Origin: Bugula neritina
Taxonomy: Eukaryota > Animalia > Bryozoa
Direction: 5' to 3'
Assembly (NCBI GenBank): GCA_964035545.1
Contig: OZ037768.1
Span: 10,324,741-10,388,740, forward strand
DNA: 64,000 nt
Shown: positions 53,579-64,000 of the stretch, in pieces
Numbering within the stretch: the stretch's first letter is position 1
Layout of the letters: each line of letters starts with the position of its first letter
Position numbers and translations under genes: made by a program
The notes under the pieces: model-generated
Databases searched by the model: none
What the model was told of the DNA's origin: nothing
What the model saw: only the letters and a program-made list of their open reading frames with translations

Positions 53579-55919
53579 ATGGTGTTAGTGTGCAGACTTA
53601 TACTGCTTGGATTATTACTAATTACAGTATTCATACTCAGTCACTGTTTTAATGTGAAGTATGGGACAGACAACTTCATATCTTATCAAGTTGGAGGAGG
53701 TAACTGCTTTGTGGTAAATAATTTAGAGTATATAACAGTACATAGACTATAATATATACACGTAGTTATACCAGAAACACAATTTTATTGATAGACATTT
53801 ACAACTATTATTATTAGCCATATTGATAATATTTTACAATTGTTTATGCTCTATACTTATTTGAAAATTAAAACGTAGTATCTTCTTCAAGTATATAGCC
53901 ATAATTGCTTGTTTTTCTGTTTCAATTGTAAAGTTTCAGAAAGCTTTATCTGTGACTGTCATTAAAATTTTTTACAGTTAACTCAAGAGTTATTTTGAGT
54001 GTGGCCCATGGAGGTTCTCTTAAACCAGAGTCTATTGCCACCAGACCTAACAGTGGGTGTTTTGATTCCTCCCTAAAAGAGTGTGTTTACAAGAGTGGAT
54101 GTCAGCCTATTGATGTCAATGAGTGCAAAGTTTCCTTTCTAACCAGCAAAAACATCATGGCGTTCACGGAGGAGCTGGCTGATTATATAAAGCTAAAGGC
54201 TGGAGGTCATATCAAATTTTTTTTTTATTATCATTACTTTTTGCTTCCAATGATGCTACTTTGTACAACTTTCAATATACCTGTTGCATTATTTATACAA
54301 ACTGCAAAAAATAGATATTATGTTTTGCCAGTTTACCAATTTATGGGATATAGAGCATTGCATTTTTCAAAGTTGCTACAGGTATAAACAAAACTGATGA
54401 TGACAGACCCCATGTGATCAAATGTGAGCTGCACAGATCTAAACTCGATGCCAATAGAGACTTGGGTGAGGCAGCGTTTGGGGACCCGAAAGCCGAGCTT
54501 GCGTGGAGCGAGTACCACCAGTTTATTGACGAAGCAAAGACAGTTACAACTATGGCTGGTTCAAGGGCCATTTACATTGACATCAGCAGAGCGGTATACA
54601 AATATATATTCAAAGCAGTATACATTGTATATGTCTTATATGTTCTCAGATTAGAAAATAAAGCCATTTCCTGCTTATTTAGAGAGTTCTAACGAGATAG
54701 ACATAAGTATATGTTTTTTCAATGTAATTTGTTCAGTGTTGCTTTATATTTGAAGAAATTTTTGGAGCATCTAAAATGAAAAACAAGATCACACATTTAT
54801 GTGAAACAAGAGATTAACTTTTGAAAATGATTGACACATGCATGATATGAATAAAATGCCAGCAGTCTCCTTATTTCTAGCTATTCAATATGCAAACTAA
54901 AAATGCACTATAACTTGCAGCTTTTTGTATTTCTCTGTGAAGTTTAATTGAAAGCATAAATTATTTCTGGCATTTCAATAAGGACAAGAATTGTTTTTAT
55001 TCTTACTTTTAGAGCAGAAATTTCAAGTACAATGCAATTGGGTTGATGCTTCAAAAAGCTGGTAAAAATGGAATGAGCAAAAGTGTTATACCAGACAGAC
55101 TGGCTCAGTATTCCTCCATCATGCAACTCCATGTTGATTCTGGAGTACCAATAGAAGAACTTGTAAGAGGAAACACATCTATTGGAGGGCTGATGGAACC
55201 AGACTTTCTCATGTTGCCTGCACCTGGGAAGAAAAATGTTGGAGGAGAGAGATATTCCACTGGTGGCTACAGTCTACATAGGTGAGCTTAATTCAATTTA
55301 TATTTACATGAAAAATAGTTACTATTCTAAAATCAATTTACCCCTATTCAAATGCTTTATGTCTACAAAACTGTTTCAAGAAAAAAAATTAAAACCTTTT
55401 GCAACATTGCTCGATCTTAATATAAAATTTTAATTAGGCTAAATTTCACATGAATTTAGAAAAATATTTTTTTTTTATTAATTCGTATTAATTTTGGTTT
55501 GTGATAAACTGAATGAATATAAAAGTTGTATCACATAAATCAATTTATTGCGCTTTTTATTCGTATTGACTTAATACAAGTTTATTAAAAACCTCTAAAT
55601 AACAATTTAACGAATAAGACAGGGTTTATTGAAAGAGATGTTCTTAAATATCAAAAAATACTATCCAATTTTTCTGTTAATTTTGCATAGATCGAATGCC
55701 CATGTTATGGTATGTTATGACAGCTATGAAGTGTAACAAGTGAGGCAAGCAAAGTTGTAATATTGTTTCAGGCACATTGGCTTTCAAATCAGTGGATTTC
55801 AACTGCTGCTAACTTATGATGTGGGAGAAGATGCCGGATTGAGGAAAGCGTTTGCTGAGAAAATGGCTGAAGCAATTGTGTACTGGGTAGACAACTACTT
55901 GCCTGCTAAATTCAACTGA
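53579..55919 (+). CDS. Type B FGase-like protein, copy 2
   Basis: Exons 53579-53699, 53978-54205, 54382-54593, 55013-55281, 55772-55919; LHRSKLDANR motif intact. Confidence 0.85.
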
Positions 55920-56678
55920 GGTGTTCATATAGAACTTTCCTTTGGATGAAAGATACAAGCTTTAGATATTATATTTAAATTCTATTTTAGTTTTTAGCTC
56001 ATGGCTTGTTGTTTGAAGTAGACCACCTATGTTTTAGCAACAATTCTAAGCTAACGATTATTCCACTTGTTTTTGTTTCTTAGAATTATACTAACATTTT
56101 TAATAAATCTTGAGTGGCTAGGTATTGTATTGGTAGTCTCTAAGCTGTGCTGTTTATCTCATGAACCCATGTCAACAATGTTTGAATTTACATAATTTTA
56201 TAAGTTCATATAAAACAGTTGTGTACTTTTTTCAAGTTCAAATTATAGGCAATTGTTTTATTCAATGTTTGCAATTCTGTTGTCGTACTCAAATAAACTA
56301 ATAATATATGTTGTTATATGACATTTATTGTTTAAGGCAGATGTGTCATTCCACGGCAGCTATACATGAACATCATATATGGTAATTACTCATTTAGTTG
56401 TTACGTTAAATAATTTATTCTTGACAACTTATAACAATAACGGAATGACTATAGAATTATTGGCATAAACTATCTCAGGCAATAAATAGGTATAGTTCAA
56501 GAAGATATTATGTACATAGGGAGTTTCAAAATATGCTTTATCATTATTAATACACGTATATCACTTGAGTGAAAATCCATTTCACTATAACAGATATCTA
56601 AGTCAAAGTACTGAATTGATTCCAAATCGAAAAGAGAGAATGCACCTTGAAAATAAGTTAAGTTTCAATGTTTCATAA

Positions 56679-56870
56679 TTAATTCTCATATCCAGAACGC
56701 TTTACATAATGTATCCAATAAATCATCAAAAACAGCATAAATGAGCAGGAGAACACAACTCTTGAGACAAGATCCACTCTTGTGGCCATTCTCGATGCGC
56801 AACATTTCTTCCACCATCGTTGTATTCTTCCTGCCAACAGTTTATACCACGTTTCACTCTCACAGCTGTT
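56679..56870 (-). pseudogene. Isolated 3'-terminal exon (M4 helix) of a Cys-loop ligand-gated ion channel, copy 2
   Basis: NSCESETWYKLLAGRIQRWWKKCCASRMATRVDLVSRVVFSCSFMLFLMIYWIHYVKRSGYEN*; in-frame 3-nt indel relative to copy 1. Confidence 0.7.
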
Positions 56871-57733
56871 CTATAATATATAATTTATATTCTCATTGTG
56901 ACTTCATGGTGATCATTGACACCATTTTAGAAAATATTTATGCAAGTACATATAAAGCATGTTCTTAGTTTTACAAAAATTATCCTTTGTCAAGGCTTAT
57001 GATGACTGAATTAAACTTAGCTGAGAAGAGCTAATAGAATGCTACAAAGCTGAAAGTGCTGATTGAAGAAAATATTAATTTACTAATGAAGATAAAGTAC
57101 GGGTTACAGCAAGACATTTTATAGCAAGCAGGATGACCTCACATGACCTGAACAGCAACTAGTATTATCCTTGGAAAGTAAAATACCAAAAACACTAAGC
57201 TAGCAAAGCAAAAATGATAATCAATAAAACTCTTGTTCAGAAGAAAATAGAATAACATCTTACAGATGATAGAAATTTGAATTAATTTTAAAACTGTGCA
57301 GTGAAACGCTGCTTGTTGCTCAAGTGATTCCAAATGTAGAAGTAAATTTTAATCACCTAATGGTGTGTATATCAATTGAATACATTATTATAAATATGCT
57401 TCACTGTATTAATATAGTAGCAGGTTGCAAGATTGAGATAAGGTTTTGAATGTGAATAACCCTTTTAATAAAATTGATATTGGGTTTATAGCAACCATTT
57501 TTAATTTTAAAAGTGTTATTATAGAGCAGTGGTCTATTTATTAAATAGCATAGTTGCCTACAACAGTATATTTTGTTCACGGCAACAGAGTAGCTATTTG
57601 AAACCCTTATAACTCATCTATGTTATGTAGTTCAAATACTGCTTACTACAGCTACAACATTCTATTTCATCTCATCTTGAAAAAACAATTAATCTAAGCT
57701 TTAGCGTCGTAAATTAAAACTTTGAAATATATA

Positions 57734-60147
57734 ATGCAACTTTTTCAAATATTTACCTTTCTTCTTATAATAGCGAACTTAACTCAAAGTTACGTGACCA
57801 TATATTGAAGCTGGGAACATGTGACATACAGGCTTGGAGGAGGTAAGACTAAAATATATGTGTTATTGACATCATGCTTAGAATGTATTTCAATAGAACT
57901 TGCTCTTCTTTGTCTTACATATTTTCACTAATATTTTGTAAATTATTATAAGTCCTTCAAATATTTTGTTAATGCTGCACAATTGTGAATAGACTATAAC
58001 TACTTTGATTTATAGAAACAAATTTCTATAACATTATGCTGCTGTATATTTTATTATATTATATTTATACAAAAGATTGAACTAATAATTATTTGAATTA
58101 GTAAAATATTATGTGAGAATGCTATTTTTGGTATTAAATAGAAAAGACTAAGGTAATCATCAGTGTTCCACTTGGAGGTACCAGCAAACCACCAGCAGTT
58201 GCTTGCCGACCATCAAGAGGCTGTTACAACTCTACAGATATGGAATGTATCAGAAAAGCAGGATGCTCTTCCCCAGATGATGAGAGATACTGCAGGACTA
58301 ATAATAAGTATGAAGAGGTAAACACAGATCTGCTCACATCAGAATTCGGTGAACGTCTGACACAGAAATTCGGAGGTGAACGTAATTAAATGAAATATGC
58401 AGAATTTGTTTCTTTTTACTATGTATATGTATATGTCAAAAGTTTTTCTTTATTAAAAAGCTGTAAATTAATATTTGTAATTTAATAGAGTGGTGAATAC
58501 AGCTTTTTTATTTTTATAGCCTCAGTTTAAGTCATTGTTGCTAGGTTTACAGGCTGTTGCAACACTTGCTATAACATCCTTTCTGTTGTAAAATATAATT
58601 TGTGTGTGGCATACAGCCAATACCGTAGGAATATTCAAACATATGCAAATGTTAGTTTCTGTGGTGGTAGGAGACACAGACTACAGCCCTCATATCATCA
58701 TCTGCCATCTCCACAAGTCTAAAGTAGATGTTGATTCCGATCTGGCTAATGCAGCATATGGAAAGGAACAAGCAGCAGTTGCTTGGAGAGAATATCACAA
58801 GTTTATTGACATGGCTAAAGCGTATTCAGTTGGCAATAACTCGAATGTTCTGTACATTGATCTACATGGTCAGGTATATACTTTATTACCACTGCATTTC
58901 CATTGGTTGGATTGTGCAAATGGGTGCTCTGGATGAATTTGTTGCTGTGGTTTCATTGATGTAACTGTACCAAACATTAGTGAAGAATATATATTGCATA
59001 ATGGTTTAGTCATCCAGTGAATAAGTAGAAGTAGTTAGCAATATTATTGTAAATAGAGGTATGCTTTACAATTTTATTACAACTAGCCTCAGCTGACAGC
59101 TGTTGTATGATATATAGATTAGAAAAATAAATAAAGTATTATATTCGATGCTCAGCTTAGAGCTTACATACCCTTAGAATTAATAACATGCTATAAGTAT
59201 GTAGAATATGTATATAAAATATGAAATAAATCAAATGAAATTTGCATGGTTCTTTTCAGATGAGTCAATTCAAGTTGTACCTATTAATGTTCATTATTAT
59301 AAGTCGTTTCACAGATACCAAAACAGGAAGACTTTTACTAGTTATATAATATTATTTAAAAGCAGAGTTTTGCTTTAGGAGTTCTATTTTTCCTGTAGAG
59401 CGTGTTTATAGATAAAAGCAGTTTATTGATTTAATACTAGTAATTAAAGTAGTGAAATAAACTAATTATGACACAGCCTACAGCATTGGACAGTATCTTC
59501 CAACAGATTTTAATTACCATTTTTGCAAACAATTCTCATTTCTATGTGCGTTATATTACAGAGTGCCACTAAATACAGCCTTGTGGGTGTAAATCTCTTC
59601 ACAAAGGGTCCCAGCATTATAGAAAAGGCAACATTACCAGACAGACTGGCTCAGTATTCCTCCATCATGCAACTCCATGTTGATTCTGGAGTACCAATAG
59701 AAGAACTTGTGAGAGGAAACACATCTATCGGAGGGCTGATGGAACCAGACTTTCTCATGTTTCCTGCACCTGGACGGAAACTATTAGATGAGCTCTCTTA
59801 TCCGTACCACTTCAGTAGCTACAGTCTTCGCAGGTAAGCTTATCTTTAAAGATTTATTTATGCAATTAGTAACCAAGTGTTTAAAGTCTGCACCAGTAAA
59901 AACCAAGTTTTTTCGTACATTTGCAATATTCTGACAGTTTTGTACCTTTAATTAAATGCTTGTAGAAGCAATTACTGCTCACCAGCATACATAACTTATG
60001 AGTGTATATTGTAGACATACAGGTTGGAGAGTGAATGGACTAAAGGTTAGCGTAGCAATGTCCATAAGAGGGAACACAGCTCTCATGACTCAGTTTGCTG
60101 ATAAGTTAGCAGAAGCAGTGAAATTTTGGGTTGACAATTATTTATAA
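57734..60147 (+). pseudogene. Type A FGase-like gene, copy 3, with a premature stop
   Basis: Exons 57734-57842, 58142-58375, 58671-58873, 59562-59833, 60015-60147. Codon 25 is TGA at 57806-57808 where copies 1 and 2 have GGA. Confidence 0.8.
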
Positions 60148-60475
60148 GAACATAGAAAACAACTCCAACTATGATTTTAATTGCACAAGATGTGGGCTAA
60201 AATATTGTAGCTATTTTGAATCTATTTTTGTTTCATATTATAATTTAACTTTATAATTTCTAGCTAAATATTATAGCTGGGTATTTCTACCAAACCTCAA
60301 TATCAAGTCTACAATCCAGTGCATTCTTGTAAAACAAAATCTTAACTTTTTGTAGATAAGCAAATGACCATAGCTAACTTTCATATTCTATCAGCTGATT
60401 CGAAAATAATAGTGTATGTTCATTTTGTCAAACTATAAACAACTTCTTGTTATGATCAGAAAGTATATATGTATA

Positions 60476-60477
<2 letters not shown>

Positions 60478-60549
<72 letters not shown>
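60478..60549. repeat. (TA)n microsatellite between A3 and B3
   Basis: Pure TA run at the homologous position. Confidence 0.95.
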
Positions 60550-60551
<2 letters not shown>

Positions 60552-60803
60552 TCAATCAAGTTTAATGATCATTGTAAAAGATGTATTTCTAAAATAAAAA
60601 AAATAAGGAAACATCAAAAAAAGCAAGGCTTGTTGAAACTTACCTAAATACTTGAGTTGTTTTTCAAAAGAAGTCAAATGCTTTTATTTTAATGAAAATT
60701 GTTTCTTCAAAGAAACAATCAATAAGTTGAAGAAAATAAAGTATTTATGTTACATCATTGTGAGATAAACAGCACTAGCATTGCTGACACAGAAGATACA
60801 GCT

Positions 60804-63607
60804 ATGGTGTTAGTGTGCAGACCTATACTGCTTGGATTATTACTAATTACAGTATTCATACTCAGTCACTGTTTTAATATAAAGTATGGGACAGATAACT
60901 TCATATCTTATCAAGTCGGAGGAGGTAACTGCTTTGAGGTTAATAATTTAGAGTACCAGCTAGTATAACCTAAACTATAGTTACCAGAAACATAATTTTA
61001 TTAATATCTTTTTACATGTATTAATGTTAGCCATATTAGTAATATTTTACAATTGTTTATACTAAGAACTTATTTGAAAATTAAAACATAGTATATTCTT
61101 TAAGTATAGTCATAATTGCTTGTTCTTCTGTTTCAATTGTAAAGTTTCATCAAGCTTTATCTGTGACTGTCACTAAAATTTCTTACAGTTAACTCAAGAG
61201 TTATATTGAGTGTGGCCCATGGAGGCTTTCTTAAACCAGAGTCTATTGCCACCAGACCTAACGGTGGGTGTTTAGATTCCTCCGTACAAGAATGTAGTTA
61301 CAAGAGTGGATGTCAGCCTATTGATGTCAATGAGTGCAAAGTTTCCTTTCTAACCAGCAAAAACATCATGACGTTCACAGAGGAGCTGGCTGATTATATA
61401 AAGCTAACAGCTGGAGGTCATTTCAATTCTTTTATTATTTCTTTTACTTTCTGCTTCTAATGATGCTACTTTGTACAATTTTCAATATACCTGTTGCATT
61501 ATTTATACAAACTGCAAAAAATAGATATTATGTTTTGCCAGTTTACCAATTTATGGGATATAGAGCATTGCATTTTTTAAAGTTGCTACAGGTATAAACA
61601 AAACTGATGATGACAGACCCCATGTGATCAAATGTGAGCTGCACAGATCTAAACTCGATGCCAATAGAGACTTGGGTGAGGCAGCCTTTGGGGACCCGAA
61701 AGCAGAGCTTGCGTGGAGCGAGTACCACCAGTTTATTGACGAAGCCAAGACAGTTACAACTATGGCTGGTTCAAGGGCTATTTACATTGACATCAGCAGA
61801 GCGGTATGAAGATATATATTCAACACAGTATACATTGTATATGTCTATGAACTTCTCAGATTAAAAAATAGAACCAGCTCCTGCTTTAGAGTTCTAGCGT
61901 AAGGAAACGTGTCTCAGCAAAAGCTAATAATAAAGCTATATATTATATTTCCTGCACAATGATCTTAGATTAATTTGGTAGATTGAAGGTTTTTTTAAGC
62001 TGCTACTTCATAGATGTGTGTGTATCCCATATTAGCACAGCTTCATGGATATTTGGGTGGTGAAGGTCATCTAGCTATGCTCTTTCAATGCTCTTTCTAT
62101 TTAATCTCGAATAAATTATAGAGGCGTCAAAACCAGGTGTTCCGTGAGTAAGTTCCACTGCCTAAGTAATAAAAGTTTCTCCTCTCAAGTACTAGTATTG
62201 GAAATATAAATGGAAGTTGTACAAGCGTACGCCACTTATAAGAAGGCCAAAGGATGCAATATTAAATAATGTTTCGTTGTTAATTATCTATTATAAAGTT
62301 TCATAGTCAATGTTAAATAATTTATTCTTTGCTTGCTTTATTTTGCTAAGTTATTAACGCAGTCAATGTAGAAATAAATCTCAAGTTTGAAATTTTAATA
62401 ATGGCACAGTGCTTTTATTTCAAAATGTTGCTATAAAGAGTATATGTAAAACAGAAAAAAAACCTGATACTTATATTATTCAAGATAAGAAATTAACCTT
62501 GGAAACTGGTAGACACATAATATAAATAAAAATACCACCAGTCTCCTTTCTAGTCAATATCAATAAAAAACAAAAGTAAATTGAATTACTTTTAGTGTTC
62601 TGAATTTCTGTGTGATGTCAAAAAAACAAGAAATATTTTTATTCTCACTTTTAGAGCAAGAATTACAAGTACAATGTAATTGGGTTGATGCTCCAAAAAG
62701 CTGGTGCAAATGGAATGAGCAAAAGTGTTCTCCCTGACAGACTGGCTCAGTATTCCTCTATAATGCAACTCCATGTTGATTCTGGAGTACCAATGGAAGA
62801 ACTTGTGAGAGGAAACACGTCTATTGGAGGGCTGATGGAACCAGACTTTCTCATGTTGCCTGCACCTGGGAAGAAGTTTGTGGGAGATGAGAAATTCTCT
62901 AGCGGTGGTTATAGTTTACATCGGTGAGCTGACATCAATTTATTTTTAAACACTTAATTGTAGTAGATAATTTTGTATTGCTAACTTGTATCAATATGTA
63001 CATGCAGTTCTAGAATCAAAATACCATATTCAAGTGCTTTATTTCTACAAAACTGTTGAAAAAAATTAAAACATTTTGCAGTATTCCAAATTTCTATATT
63101 ATATACTCAAAAATTCATAGAAAATTTTATTTCTATTAATTCATATTAATTTCAGATTGCGATAATTAAAATGAATATAAATATAAAAATTGCATTACAT
63201 AAGTTGCTTTATTGTGTTATCTATTCATATTGACTTATTATAAGTATGTAAAACAGCCTTAAATAACAATCCAACAGATCTTTAAGAAGACAGAGTTATT
63301 GAATAAGAGATCATTAAATATTAAAAAGTATCATCTATGTTTTAAGTTGACCTTGCATACAAAACCCATAAAAATTATGCTACGACAGCTATATACAAGG
63401 TAGTGTGGCAAGCAAAGCTGTAACAGAATGATTGACTCTGATTTGTAATATTGTTTCAGACACATTGGCTTTCAAATCAGTGGATTTCAACTGATGCTAA
63501 CTTATGGCGTGACAGAAGATGACGTACTAAGGAAAGCATTTGCTGAGAAAATGGCCGAAGCTATTGTATACTGGGTAGACAACTACTTGCCTGCTAATTT
63601 CAACTGA
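60804..63607 (+). CDS. Type B FGase-like protein, copy 3 (most divergent B)
   Basis: Exons 60804-60924, 61189-61416, 61592-61803, 62655-62923, 63460-63607; open frame ending YWVDNYLPANFN*. Confidence 0.85.
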
Positions 63608-64000
63608 GGCTGACATATAATACTTTCCTTTGGGTGGAAGATATACAAGCACATGCATGTTTAGATGTTATAATTAAATTCTATATTATTTGTTTTTAGC
63701 TCATGGTTTGTTGTTTCAAGTCCACTACCTGTGTTTTTAACAATTCTAGGCAAATGATTATTCAACTATTTATTTTAGTAGTTGGCGTTGCTAAATATTT
63801 AAGGGCTAGGTATTGTCTTGATAGTTTCTAAGCTGTATTGTTCATCTCATAAACCAATGTTTTCATTTATATATAAGTTTAGTTTCTATAACACAATTAT
63901 GTATTTTCTTAAGTTCAATTGTTTTATTCAATGTTTGTTGTTGTGCAACTCAAATAAATGCATCATAAATATTGCTATATATGGTAGTTTCCTTATCGCT

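Larger units (their letters stand above)
42226..64000. repeat. Three-copy tandem segmental duplication (units of ~7.2-7.5 kb; the third runs off the window)
   Basis: Anchor GTGATCATTGACACCATTTTAGAAAATATTT at 42226, 49410 and 56909; colinear genes, introns and (TA)n tracts. Weaker homology extends left to ~42085. Confidence 0.95.

Noticed and set aside
43059-63607. Bacterial contamination or recent horizontal transfer of the FGase-like genes
   Set aside because: Four conserved spliceosomal introns, signal peptides and host-like composition. An ancient transfer cannot be judged without a phylogeny.

Overview
AT-rich, intron-containing animal (probably invertebrate) genomic DNA; the taxon cannot be determined from the sequence. 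(1) 345-39453 (+) is one large gene that I could splice by hand into an open frame of about 2278 aa. It runs: signal peptide, 16 near-identical two-exon CUB domains with six short Thr/Ser linker exons interspersed from CUB7 onward, a mucin-like stalk, one TM helix, and a short tail with an acidic-dileucine motif (EDNHLL) and a class I PDZ-type end (DTHI*). Its introns hold hAT-type elements, small MITEs, tRNA-derived SINEs, a truncated Gypsy-like element plus a solo LTR at the equivalent site, and a nearly complete Copia element. (2) A decayed non-LTR RT fragment lies at about 40.8-41.9 kb. (3) From about 42.1 kb to the window end is a 3x tandem duplication (7.2-7.5 kb units). Each unit carries two divergent, 5-exon, secreted N-formylglutamate-amidohydrolase-like genes (A then B) that appear to have lost metal and catalytic residues; A3 has a nonsense codon. 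A and B share a 137-bp intra-exonic tract that appears to be exchanged by gene conversion. The unit junctions also carry an antisense, still-open terminal exon (M4 helix) of a Cys-loop receptor. All gene models are manual GT-AG reconstructions without transcript evidence.
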